This document shows, in pieces, positions 53,504 to 63,758 of a stretch of 64,000 bases of DNA (position 1 is the first letter of the stretch; each line of letters opens with the position of its first letter). Origin of the DNA: a virus; the IMG/VR virus record IMGVR_UViG_3300049783_001607; one strand, 5' to 3'. The notes under the pieces were generated by a model. It made no database searches, was not told the origin of the DNA, and saw only the letters and a list, made by a program, of their open reading frames with translations. The position numbers and the translations under genes were made by a program.

Positions 53504-53986
53504 TTAAACTTTGGGTTTATAAATATTGGCAATGTATTTTCTGGATTTGCCGCAATCTTCTTTGACGTACATTATATAAGTACTTTCATAAAAAGATATT
53601 TTATTTGCCTTGCTTGCCATTGTCCTATTATAAATTATGTCCTGCTTGTATATGTCGTCATAATCAGTTAGGTATTTAGTCAAAGCGTTATTCAAATAAG
53701 TATAGTATTCTTTATTTAGACTATCTAGTACGGCTATATATTTATCAGCTGTAAAATTTAGAGTCTCTTTTTCAGAATCATACTTTAAATTATAGTTGTC
53801 TTGCAAACTATAATGAACTGTTTTTAAATCAACAGCTAAATCGATATTTAATTGTTCCAGCGTGACTGATTCTAATTGTTCAGTGTTTACTTGGTTATCC
53901 TGCGAACCGAATGTTTCTGCAATCGCGGACGTACTTAATAGCAGTACTAGTGCTAATAAAATAAATTTGATTTTTTTCATGATCAT
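53504..53986 (-). CDS. secreted hypothetical protein
   Basis: N-terminal signal peptide MKKIKFILLALVLLLSTSAIA. Confidence 0.6.
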   Translation of the reverse strand: MIMKKIKFILLALVLLLSTSAIAETFGSQDNQVNTEQLESVTLEQLNIDLAVDLKTVHYSLQDNYNLKYDSEKETLNFTADKYIAVLDSLNKEYYTYLNNALTKYLTDYDDIYKQDIIYNRTMASKANKISFYESTYIMYVKEDCGKSRKYIANIYKPKV

Positions 53987-54958
53987 GAATTGCCTTATTA
54001 GAGGACTTTTTTTAAGGTTAATACTAATTATGGATTGTAAAGATACTGAATAGTAAGTAATTATTATAAAAAAACGTATAAATTACTCTAATATTATGTG
54101 TTTAGTAGTATAGATTCGGTTTACTTTATAATAATTACTATTACTATTTTACTATGTTATAGTTTATTTGCAGTTAAAGGCTTTTTTATCTCGGCTCTCC
54201 AATTACTTAAATTTAAGATAAACTATAATGAATTAAAATACCTGTCTTCATATTTAAATACCAACTCAAGTATGAATCTGAAACAATTAATAGTTGTCGA
54301 CAGGTATTAGTTTGTATTAAAATTCTCTGGCGGGAGCCACAACACACAACAGTACTAATAAATTACTATAATTCATTTATCATCTTCGTGTTTATATGTG
54401 TGAGTTCGAGCCACGCTCATTACATTCGTATTTAAAGGCAGTACCCACTATCAGCTAGAAAGCGTCTTTCGTACTGTTCAAGTAGAAGAGTCTCGCTTGT
54501 GAAAGAGAATAACAAACTTTATGTCGAAAGCGTTATTATGGGCACTACTTTTAAATTTGACTTTGAGTCTTGGTTTCTAATTTAGCCTTTTGACAGCTTG
54601 AATTAGTATATATGATGTATTTCTTTGTTAGGTTAACAGTTAATTAATAGCTACTATAGTTCACTTTAATCAATGGTCTAGCATTTAGTACATCGGTTTT
54701 ATTTGTTTTATATTGAATCATCTTTTTACAACTTCTTATCTCAATTTCTCTGTTACTCTGTTCATCTAGGCTCTATCACCTTGTTGATTTTTCTGCAGAT
54801 ACTGTTGAAAGTCTGTTGTTATTATTCTAAAAGTCTATCGATGATAGGTAGTATTGGTTATTAATTATAGTGGTTGGGTTGAAAAACGGTGGAAAAATAA
54901 CTCCCATACCAGATTATTAGTCTAGTATAGGAGTAAGAACTACAATAATTACAATATC

Positions 54959-55624
54959 TTATTCAGATAACGCAATTACTATAACTTTAGTTGGTTCCAC
55001 ATTCTCTCTTCCCGCATCAATATCAGTTCCAGGTAAACCCTGCATAAAAGAGATGTCAGCATAAATAGGTCTGATATCAGCTACTTCTTTTGCTTCTGCT
55101 GCTGCATCGTTAATTTCTTTAACTCTTACATTAAAGTCTTTGTAACAATAAGCAGGATAAACATCGTGTTTATCATCCGGTGCTGGCTTATCTCTTCTAG
55201 TAGTTACAGATACAACTGTAAAAGATTTAGGTAAAGCTATTGTATCTTTTCCTTCTTTTGTAGCAGCTAATAAGTGCTCTGATACTCTTGACGTTTTAGT
55301 TACTCCAGCTTCATACTCATCATTGTCAGTGCTAGTCTTAACAGTCTCAAGTCCTAGAAATGATCTGATTGGAATAGTAAAAGACTGATCCGTTTCAGAA
55401 TTGATGTACTTTGCTTTAACATAACTCAAGTCTTCATTGTTTTCATCTGTAAGAGATGTAGACTTTCCTACTTCGTTAGTAACCATAGAATGAAGATCAA
55501 ACTTGTAACCTTTTTTACTGGTTGCATTGATCAAATCATTTTTAGCAGCATTCATCATATTCTTTCTTGGAGATAATAAGTTTAATACTCCAACACTAAT
55601 AGTAATTTCTTGCATTTTGCCCAT
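54959..55624 (-). CDS. putative early protein, distant paralog of 55891-56487
   Basis: F(T/K)V and YP.(Y/F)C(Y/F) motifs shared. Confidence 0.6.
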   Translation of the reverse strand: MGKMQEITISVGVLNLLSPRKNMMNAAKNDLINATSKKGYKFDLHSMVTNEVGKSTSLTDENNEDLSYVKAKYINSETDQSFTIPIRSFLGLETVKTSTDNDEYEAGVTKTSRVSEHLLAATKEGKDTIALPKSFTVVSVTTRRDKPAPDDKHDVYPAYCYKDFNVRVKEINDAAAEAKEVADIRPIYADISFMQGLPGTDIDAGRENVEPTKVIVIALSE

Positions 55625-55890
55625 AATAATTAATTGTTTTAATTAATAGATTTTTAGAAGCGTGTATTTACATTTGATAAAGAAAGAATTTTCCTGATCA
55701 TGTCACCCCTACACGCGGGAGCGACAAAAACATAAATGGATAAGGCGAAGCTTACGAATCAACCGTCAACCCCAGTCAACCAGTCAATCATCCAACCAGT
55801 TAGCCTCAATATATGCCAGTAAAAAAAAAGCCTGCCGTACTGTTATTCGGGCAAGCTTTTTCGCGAAGATGTTATTTATTTACTCGGTAA

Positions 55891-56487
55891 TTACTTTGTT
55901 TTAGGAGGATACGAGAACAAAGGAACGTCAAGAGTTAAGATTCGATAGAATTTGTCTTCGAATCCCTCTTTAATTGCTGACGCATACAATGTATCACGTT
56001 CAGATTGAGGCATTTTAAACTTGGTTTTATCCTTGGCATTTTTAGCTTTTAGCTCCTCTGCTAATCGCTCGTAAGTTTCCCAGTACTCGAAACAAAATGG
56101 AGGGTAGGATATTACCCTGTCCGCCTCGGGCAGCTCCTTACCTTTGCCTTTTACGTAAGTAGGTTCACAAGCTAACACTTTGAAATCCAGTGCTAGTACA
56201 GCAGTGACAGAATGTACTGGACGTATTGAGTCCAAGAATGATTTGCCTGCAAAGTGAAAACGACGTAAATCGTACATTGTAAATTTAAATCTGCCTCCTT
56301 CAGAGGAAGCAAATGTAAAAATAGGAGTTTTACCGTCTTCGCTCATATCGTAATGAGTAGGAGCGTCTTTCGGCATTACATGAGTGAAAGAAGTGTTCTT
56401 TACGTGGTCGTTCAATAAGAACGATGCAGGTTTAAGAACAGCATTAATAACATCTTCGCTGATGGTTATTATAATTGCTTTCGACAT
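55891..56487 (-). CDS. putative early protein; probable start MSKAIII at 56487
   Basis: ATG directly after the repeated upstream motif. Confidence 0.6.
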   Translation of the reverse strand: MSKAIIITISEDVINAVLKPASFLLNDHVKNTSFTHVMPKDAPTHYDMSEDGKTPIFTFASSEGGRFKFTMYDLRRFHFAGKSFLDSIRPVHSVTAVLALDFKVLACEPTYVKGKGKELPEADRVISYPPFCFEYWETYERLAEELKAKNAKDKTKFKMPQSERDTLYASAIKEGFEDKFYRILTLDVPLFSYPPKTK

Positions 56488-56517
56488 AATGTAGTAAAAA
56501 GACAATGCGAAGCTTAT
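56484..56517 (-). promoter_or_regulatory. repeated 34-nt upstream motif (copy at 57750-57783; partial at 55742-55754), putative phage early promoter
   Basis: ATAAGCTTCGC(A/C)TTGTCTTTTTACTACATTATGT, 33/34 identical between the two full copies. Confidence 0.55.
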
Positions 56518-56987
56518 GAGTATAAATGTAAAAATATAAGAGAGGGTTGTTAGTCCTCTCCATATATTATTTAATCTTCATGCTTGAATAGGTTATTCAT
56601 ATCAATACCTGCCCTTTTACCATATTCTCTCCATTCATATAGTTCCATATCATTTAAATTACCTGCTACACTGTTTACAGTTATAATATAATAATGGTTA
56701 GATAACCTAGCCAATGACTTTAGTTCCATACTAGATAATATTTCTTTTTTAGAAGTATATTCAAATCCAGTGGAAGATATATTTACTGTTCCTTCTTGAC
56801 TTAATATACTTACAGCTTGAGAGTTCGAATATACATCGACAGATATTGCTGATATTGCTATCGTAAACACTATCCCTGCTAGAATCCCTATTAATAATCC
56901 TTTTGATTTATTCATAAGTTTTAAATTTAATTGGTTTAATTTATAATAGCACCTCTTCTGTCGTTGAAAAGGTGCTTTGATAGTATT

Positions 56988-57722
56988 CTATTGATTTGGA
57001 TTTTTGGCGTAGTAACCAGGCTCGTTGTCGTAGTTTTCAACAGTAGAATCTTCGGTGCAGCCGTAATATTTAGCCGCTATCGTTTGTACATCAGATTGTG
57101 AGTCTGTTGGACGTAGTGCTGCTTTAGCTATAGAAGATAGAATTTTCAATGCTGTGCGTACTGTTGGAGAAGGATCAGGATCACTTGTTGCGTATGCCAA
57201 ATCTATCAAAGACATGATAGCTCTAGCATCGTTTAGAGATACATAAACATGAGTTCCCCACGATACTTCAGTGTTAGCTGGTTCAATTACAGGAATTAAT
57301 ATTTTGTTTGCATTTGAATTGTTCATAATATTGGATTTAATTTAGTTTAATTTATAATAATAATAGCACCTCTTCTGTCGTTGAAGAAGTGCTTTGATAT
57401 TTTAGAATCGGGTTGGGTCTACGGTTAAGTTTTCAACAGTAGTATGTCCATCACAACTGTAATATTTAGACGCAATCTGTTCTATACCAGGGTGTGAACC
57501 CGTTTGAATTACTACTGCTTTAGCTAAAGAATTTAGAATTTGCAGTGCTATGAGTATTTCGTGAGGAACTTCACGCATTGCTGGTGAGTGTCCGTGTTCG
57601 GTCATAGTTATCATAGCTCTAGCATCTTCTACAGATATATAAACATGAGCTCCGATTAATACTTCAGTATGCTTTGATTCAGTTAAAGGAATCAATACTT
57701 TTTTTTCACTTGAATTGTTCAT
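56988..57722 (-). CDS. two tandem paralogs (56988-57326, 57402-57722)
   Basis: MNNS...LIP..E...TEV..G.HVY.S..DARA...KYY.C....TVEN; duplicated downstream hairpin agcacctcttc...gtgct. Confidence 0.75.
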
Positions 57723-59020
57723 AATATTAGATTTAAATTATTAATTGTTACATAATGTAGTAAAAAGACAAGGCGAAGCTTATCGGCATGAGAGTATAGG
57801 GTAAAGGTTATTATTTGGAAATGTTACCCCTACACCCCCCATCATCAATATACTACTCAATACTAGAGGCTTGGATACTGTCTAGTATTATATACCCTCC
57901 ACCCACCATGGTGCTAGATCTACAATAAATATTGTTGAGTAAAATATTTACTGCTATACCTACCCCCTCTACCTAATTAGTTTCTATATATAACATGTTG
58001 CCCTACCTTCCGTTTTTAAAAAAAGTCATTTCCCCTAGCTTTGGGGGCGGGGAGTTACTGGTATAGTGTGTAACAGCGCCCTTCCCTCAGAAAATTTTTT
58101 ATAATATTATTAACCACGTCGAAAAAAAGAGACCCTACCCAACTTTATAGTATATATACAACCTATACAAGAAAAGACCCGGGGGCCCTATTATTAAGAC
58201 AGTAAAGATTAGTAATTATACAGTGCGTACAGAAATTCTACCAGAAGTGTGGAGATTGTGAAAGTTATGTAAGTAGGATATTGAAGTATAAAACTAACCA
58301 AGGATTGCAAAACCTATTAAACCTATTACCTAATAAATTATATTCAGGTGAATCGCCGAAGGCGTCGTAATATATTGCGCTCTTTTCGGAGTGATTGCTA
58401 CAAGAAATTAAACTTACTAAGCATATATACAATCTTGGTTAGTAGTAATGTTTTAATACATAGTAAAGATACATCATCTGGTTGATTTATCGCCTAACCA
58501 TGTAATAAATATAAGTATAAAATTGGTAGATATTATTTTTGCAGCTATTTTCCAGCTAAACCACGGCACTGATACCAATACCATAAATGTAAATACTATT
58601 AATAAACCTCCAAAAGTACATATCCAAGAGTTTAATGATCCATAATTAAAACCCAGATCTTTTGTAACCCATCTCTTTATTACGTATAGAATGTTTGCAA
58701 TAACTTTACCAATTCTTTTCAGGAAGTTCATTTTATTTACAGATTATTCATATAGTTAATATACTTCCACTTGTTCCAAAGGAGTTTGCGATATACATTA
58801 AATTTATATACTGAGCTTAGATCTTTGGCTATTCCTGCACATACATTACACTTGTTAGATTCTATATCGTCACATCCCGGACAAGAGGCGAATATTTCAA
58901 CTCGTTGCCAAGCTATAAAACGTTTAAATAATGCTAATGGGTATAAGTTTATAGGACCTCTTAATTTAACTCCGGAAATAGGGTTAAAAAAGGTTTGGTA
59001 TACTTTGAATAATGGCATAG

Positions 59021-59887
59021 TTAGATAGTTATTTTACTTCGTGTTATTATATTTTTATATGTCTCTGTAGCTGAAACACCGGCCGGTTTAATTATACCTC
59101 CAAGTTGATATAAAGGAGTGCCGTCTATATTTTTGATCCTCTCATTCTCTGGTTGGTAAGGATACTCTTCTTCTCCTAGCATATAGTTATTATCCATATA
59201 CCAATGATCACTTTCCTCAGATTGACTAGTTTTTAATGGTCCTGGAATGTGGTTCTCCTTTACAGAAGGCGAAGCCGGCTGTAGTTCCGCATTAATACCA
59301 AAGTACTCGTAGTGATTTTTACCTTCACCTCTGATTATAGCGTTAGCCCAATTTGTTTTTATAGATTCGTCAGAGTGAGTTTTACCTCTAGTTACCCATT
59401 CTTTACCATATACATCATCAGCGCTCATCTTACCGTCTAAGTAGTTCCCTAAACTTGAGCTTTTCATTTTAAGGTTAACAAATGCTAGTACAGCTTGTTG
59501 TTCTTCTGTTAGATCGTCAGGAGTATTTGCTTTAAGTATTTTAGATAAAGGCACTAAAAGATTCTGAGCTTCTATGTTTTCAGAGTAAGCGTCAGAGTAT
59601 ATCATATTGCTTAATCTTTTTTGAGCGGTTTGAAATGAGGATGTTTTTCTATTTCCGTTAGCGTCGTACTTACCTTTAGAAATTTTTTGGCCGCGTTTAT
59701 TATATCCTCCACCGTTACCTACAAGAAAATGGAAGATGCCTGAAGCAGAAGATTCTTTATTGTACTTTTTAGTTCCTTTGAAAGATTCAGCTTCGGCCAT
59801 TATACCAAGTAAAGATACCAGTTTATCAAAAGTTCCTTTAGTTTCTGTAGATTTATATAGTTTTTCTAGTAAGGATATTTCTGACAT
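59021..59887 (-). CDS. lytic transglycosylase/lysozyme-like, probably virion-associated
   Basis: MAEAES...NKESSASGIFHF resembles the SLT catalytic ES...A.G..Q motif. Confidence 0.55.
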   Translation of the reverse strand: MSEISLLEKLYKSTETKGTFDKLVSLLGIMAEAESFKGTKKYNKESSASGIFHFLVGNGGGYNKRGQKISKGKYDANGNRKTSSFQTAQKRLSNMIYSDAYSENIEAQNLLVPLSKILKANTPDDLTEEQQAVLAFVNLKMKSSSLGNYLDGKMSADDVYGKEWVTRGKTHSDESIKTNWANAIIRGEGKNHYEYFGINAELQPASPSVKENHIPGPLKTSQSEESDHWYMDNNYMLGEEEYPYQPENERIKNIDGTPLYQLGGIIKPAGVSATETYKNIITRSKITI

Positions 59888-59891
59888 TGTA

Positions 59892-60392
59892 TTAGTAATT
59901 TTTAGGGTTGAATTCGTCTGATATATTTGTATAAGGATTCATTTTTCTTTTTAACTCTGCCGCGGCTTTAGCTTTATTTAGTATGTTATATACAGAACTT
60001 GATCCCAATCTTTTTTTTACAGCGGAGTATTCCGGCATTACAGGCATTGAAGGAGTAGATAAGGGTATACTAGTAGGTGGTTTTAAAGTCGTAGTCATTT
60101 GATTTACGGCTAAGTTGGGGTAGTCTATTTTTTTAATGGGTTGTGCAAAAGGGTTGTTAGCTACTGTAGATGTAACCATAGATCCTCCTGCTTGCATTTT
60201 ATTAGCTCCACAATTACAGTTACAGTTTTTCTTTCCGCAAGGTTTTTTAACTTTTCTTGCTATAGGTCTTTTTCTCAATGGTATTTTGGTACCTTCTTCC
60301 ATATCCATGTATTTAGTACCTTTTTTTGCCATGTATATATCGTTTAAAGCCGGCTTTTTACTTTTTACTATAGTTGATTTTATAAATGTCAT
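59892..60392 (-). CDS. basic low-complexity protein, possibly virion-associated; probable start MTFIK
   Basis: K-rich, MQAGG motif; start chosen at the ATG with an A-rich leader. Confidence 0.5.
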   Translation of the reverse strand: MTFIKSTIVKSKKPALNDIYMAKKGTKYMDMEEGTKIPLRKRPIARKVKKPCGKKNCNCNCGANKMQAGGSMVTSTVANNPFAQPIKKIDYPNLAVNQMTTTLKPPTSIPLSTPSMPVMPEYSAVKKRLGSSSVYNILNKAKAAAELKRKMNPYTNISDEFNPKNY

Positions 60393-60627
60393 GATATTTA
60401 ATTTTTTGTTCGGCAGTTCGCCTACTAATATAATACTATAATATAAGAATATTAAATAGATAAGAGGTAAATTTCTTTTGGAGGAGGGAAATTTTTGGGA
60501 TACCAAGAATGGGAGGAGGTCACGGTAAGAGTTCGTCGTCTCCGCCCAGGAGCAACCACGTTTAGGCGAGGTCGTCCCTTGTTATTGTTAGAGGCTTGTG
60601 GGGCGCTCAGGTTCAGTAAGTTACAGA

Positions 60628-60678
60628 GGTTTGAGGGTCAAAATATGCAGGTTTGAGGGTCAAAAGTTGCAGGTTTTA
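60628..60678 (+). repeat. paired TTGAGGGTCAA direct repeats, 22-bp period (site 1)
   Basis: Units start at 60631 and 60653. Confidence 0.75.
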
Positions 60679-60683
60679 CCACT

Positions 60684-62174
60684 TTATTTTTTATATATTA
60701 GTCCGCCTTTTATAGAATTTTTTATATTATCACTATCGAAGAACCCTTTTTTATTTACAAGGCTCTTGGTATACTTAGGCGCAGCAAACATAGTAAAATT
60801 TGAATCTAGCTGCTCAGTATTAAATTGAGGCTTATATATCCTAGCGGCATTTGCTTCAAGCGCTCTTTTACTTGCATCTTTAAATATGTTTAAATTTTCA
60901 TCTATATCATAATCAAGTTTTCCATGAGATAAAAAAGGCCTGCCATAAAAGTTCTCTACTTTTCTTCCATTAAGGTTTAGATCCCAAATATCGTTATATT
61001 CCATCTTACCTTTATAAAATCTTCTGTTATAATTTCCCATTATATTAGTGGTATTAAAATCAACGGAACTATCAATTCCTTTCTTCTTTATATCCTCTAA
61101 CTGTTTAATATCTTTTAGATAATGAGGCATAGTTCTATTTTGGTCTTTCATTATCATATCCATACCAGGTAGTCGTTTATCAGGCAATTCTTTAAGTAGT
61201 TGTTTTTCCCTATTTATAGAGAAAATTTCCCTATTATTTAATTCACCTTTATTGTATAAAGGATGGTTTTTAGGGGCTGATCCAGCTACTCTAAAAGTAT
61301 TGTTTTTTTGTGGTATACCAGAATATAAATTCCAGGCGTCTTGTCTAGGTTTTGATATAACATCCGCACCTCTGTGAAGGTCATCTGCTAATGTAGGATA
61401 CATATCAACTAATTTTTTAGAGTTTTTATCCCCTTTTATTATTCTTTTAGGTATATTTAATAATCTTTTTGTAGCATTCTCATAACCATAAGGGGTCATA
61501 TAATCTGTCATTACCTCGGAAACCCCTGGAAAATAGCCTTTTCTTTGCGCTGAGGTAATACCTATTTTGCTCATTTGCATATCTTTAATATCCTCTAAAC
61601 TATAACCAGCTTTAAGACCTTCTGACTGTATTTGTCTCAGCTCTTTACCTACAGGATGAAAAGTATCTACGGTTTTTCTTAATGGTACCCGAGATTTTTT
61701 TATAAATGCTTTTGAAGCGCTTGTTATTGCTTTTTTAGCTAGGGGTATTGGTATTACACCTGCAGCACCTTCTAGAATTTGCATCCCATCTAAAGTTGCA
61801 GTACCTTGAATAACGTTTTTAGTGTCATAAGCATATTGAGCAGGGTTGACCACATCTAGAGCATAGTCTAGCGTATTTCTTGGGCCTCTTGAAAAATTAT
61901 CAGGTAAGTCTTTATTTCTAGCAGCATAACCTGCGGCTGTTAGAGGATTGAGCGCTATCTCAATAATCTTACTAAAAAAACCTTGTTTAGGCTCTGAAGG
62001 TCTTATTGATTGACTATTAGCGCTATCAGTCATAGCCTGTATGTTTGACTCCTTTCTTGTATTAGCTATATAGTCTAAAACAGATTGCTCGTCTTGTTTA
62101 GATACTATCTCTCTTGTTTTAATTCCTACTTGAGCCTTAATCGCTTTACCTTTATTTTTATCGTAATATATCAT
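60684..62174 (-). CDS. 496-aa hypothetical protein, possibly virion-associated
   Basis: Long ORF; KAQVG at the N-terminus and KGG near the C-terminus; YNDIWDL motif. Confidence 0.6.
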   Translation of the reverse strand: MIYYDKNKGKAIKAQVGIKTREIVSKQDEQSVLDYIANTRKESNIQAMTDSANSQSIRPSEPKQGFFSKIIEIALNPLTAAGYAARNKDLPDNFSRGPRNTLDYALDVVNPAQYAYDTKNVIQGTATLDGMQILEGAAGVIPIPLAKKAITSASKAFIKKSRVPLRKTVDTFHPVGKELRQIQSEGLKAGYSLEDIKDMQMSKIGITSAQRKGYFPGVSEVMTDYMTPYGYENATKRLLNIPKRIIKGDKNSKKLVDMYPTLADDLHRGADVISKPRQDAWNLYSGIPQKNNTFRVAGSAPKNHPLYNKGELNNREIFSINREKQLLKELPDKRLPGMDMIMKDQNRTMPHYLKDIKQLEDIKKKGIDSSVDFNTTNIMGNYNRRFYKGKMEYNDIWDLNLNGRKVENFYGRPFLSHGKLDYDIDENLNIFKDASKRALEANAARIYKPQFNTEQLDSNFTMFAAPKYTKSLVNKKGFFDSDNIKNSIKGGLIYKK

Positions 62175-62295
62175 ACCTATATAATACTAAATATTATTGA
62201 TTACTAAAAGCTTAATGTTAACCTATTTAAGGTAGTATCTAAACACTTCCTTGTAGGGGCTCTATAAGTACACTGATAATCAACACGTTATAGAA

Positions 62296-62345
62296 GGTTG
62301 AGGGTCAAAAGTTACATGTTTGAGGGTCAATTACTGCAGGTTTTA
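62296..62345 (+). repeat. paired TTGAGGGTCAA direct repeats, 22-bp period (site 2)
   Basis: Units start at 62298 and 62320. Confidence 0.75.
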
Positions 62346-62359
62346 TTTATAAAAATATA

Positions 62360-62725
62360 CTATCTAACAAATTTACTATTTACTTCGTGTATTCTATTAA
62401 CAAGCCAGCCTAGTAGATAGCATTCTGCCTCATCATTATGCCTGTCTAGCAGCTGATCAACGTCTATAAATATTTTATTTACTAAATGTTTAGCTTCGTG
62501 TGCAATTATACCTGGAGTAGGATATTGCTTACTAGACGCATAAAAACAGCAATAGTGATGGTTGTTTAAAGTATATACAAACCCATCATATTTTCGGTGG
62601 TTAAATTCTAAATAAATATCCTTTTTTTTAAAGAATTTATCTAGTTTTTTAGGAGAAGAGTAAACAATCACTGTGAAAGTAAGACCATACAAAGGAGTAC
62701 GAAAATTTTTTTTTAGTAGTTTCAT
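62360..62725 (-). CDS. HExxH zinc-metallopeptidase-like protein
   Basis: IIAHEAKH...DEAECY; TACCTTTG promoter box at 62737-62730 just upstream. Confidence 0.65.
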   Translation of the reverse strand: MKLLKKNFRTPLYGLTFTVIVYSSPKKLDKFFKKKDIYLEFNHRKYDGFVYTLNNHHYCCFYASSKQYPTPGIIAHEAKHLVNKIFIDVDQLLDRHNDEAECYLLGWLVNRIHEVNSKFVR

Positions 62726-62822
62726 ACTTCAAAGGTAACAATTAAAAATTAAAGTAGTATCTTTATAGAAAGAAATACTTTGCGCCAACCGGGCATGTAT
62801 CGCTACCTTCTCGTTGGACACT

Positions 62823-62853
62823 ATAGCCTCTATTTATTTAGAGGCTATTTTTT
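62823..62853 (-). terminator. terminator of the tRNA operon
   Basis: atagcctcta/tagaggctat hairpin. Confidence 0.55.
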
Positions 62854-62854
62854 G

Positions 62855-62930
62855 TGGGATGAGTAAGAATCGAACTTACGCAATGTCGCTGGGCTTCAAC
62901 CAACCGCTCTACCAACTGAGCTATCACCCC
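62855..62930 (-). tRNA. tRNA-Phe(GAA)
   Basis: Cloverleaf GGGGTGA...TTGAAGC loop...TTCGATT...TCATCCC-A. Confidence 0.85.
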
Positions 62931-62940
62931 ATTATTTTTG

Positions 62941-63014
62941 CGCGGCCGGAGAGACTCGAACTCCCGACACCTGGTTTTGGAGACCAGTGCTCTGGCCAAC
63001 TGAGCTACACCCGC
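62941..63014 (-). tRNA. tRNA-Trp(CCA)
   Basis: CTGGT-CTCCAAA-ACCAG anticodon arm; G73. Confidence 0.9.
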
Positions 63015-63025
63015 ATTTATTATTG

Positions 63026-63099
63026 AACGTCTGATGGGACTCGAACCCATGATCTTTCAGATTTGCAGTCTTTTTCCTTAGCCGCTCGGACACAGACGT
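63026..63099 (-). tRNA. tRNA-Cys(GCA), weak anticodon stem
   Basis: ACGTCTG/CAGACGT acceptor, U73, CTGCAAA loop; only 3 bp in the anticodon stem. Confidence 0.75.
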
Positions 63100-63111
63100 A
63101 TTTAATAATAG

Positions 63112-63186
63112 CTCCTTAGGTTGGACTCGAACCAACAACCCCCGCATTAACAGTGCGATGCTCTAACCAGTTATAGCTACTAAGGA
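63112..63186 (-). tRNA. tRNA-Asn(GTT)
   Basis: TCCTTAG/CTAAGGA acceptor, CTGTTAA loop, G73. Confidence 0.9.
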
Positions 63187-63325
63187 ATATTTATATATTT
63201 GTAAACATAAAGCCAGTTCATATGAGGCTACAGAAACATCATCTATATCTTTAGCCCAAGTAACTATACCGTTAGGTAACACCACTTTTAAAAACCCGTC
63301 TTCTTGTTTAGTTATAATCATATTG

Positions 63326-63410
63326 TAGAAAGAAGAGGACACGAACCCCAAGGTATTACCCTCCCACTCCTTAGCAAGGAGGCCCAGTACGCCTGCCTGG
63401 TTTACTTTCT
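63326..63410 (-). tRNA. tRNA-Ser(GCT), atypical
   Basis: CTCC-TTGCTAA-GGAG, long variable arm, TTCGTGT T-loop, unusual D arm. Confidence 0.7.
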
Positions 63411-63416
63411 ATTTTG

Positions 63417-63499
63417 CAGAGAATAAAGGAATCGAACCCTCAAGTATAACCTTGGCACGGCGTTCAAAACCGCTTATGCACCGCTGCATGCTACTCTCT
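63417..63499 (-). tRNA. tRNA-Ser(TGA), atypical with extended D stem
   Basis: GCGGT-TTTGAAC-GCCGT, long variable arm, G73, D arm ATGCA-GCGG-TGCAT. Confidence 0.7.
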
Positions 63500-63504
63500 A
63501 ATTG

Positions 63505-63594
63505 TGGGAATGATAGGATTCGAACCTATAATGGGGTCTTTCAACACCTACAGATTTACAGTCTGCTCGCTTCAGCCAATTTGCATACACGCCC
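63505..63594 (-). tRNA. tRNA-Tyr(GTA)
   Basis: GCAGA-CTGTAAA-TCTGT, long variable arm, A73. Confidence 0.9.
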
Positions 63595-63758
63595 GATTTA
63601 AAACAAAAAAAAAGACCCATTAATTAAAATGAGCCTCTAGTTTGGTTGTATATTTTCTTAATTACCCAAATAGCTCATCTGATCCGTTATAAAACGAATT
63701 ACAGAAATTACTATATGACCAACTTGTTACTTTCACTGTATTATTATTATTTAAGATG

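Noticed and set aside
54430-54556. Hammerhead ribozyme
   Set aside because: CTGATAG and GAAA occur, but not as CUGANGA...GAAA with the required three stems.
62781-62820. Small CCAAC/GTTGG hairpin downstream of the tRNA operon as a riboswitch or theta ribozyme
   Set aside because: I could not fit it to any known consensus.
62814-63147. ORFs 62814-63026, 62838-63050 and 62932-63147
   Set aside because: They overlap tRNA genes and are spurious.
63417-63499. tRNA-Sec or opal suppressor
   Set aside because: The anticodon is TGA (reads UCA, Ser), not TCA, and the acceptor stem is 7 bp.
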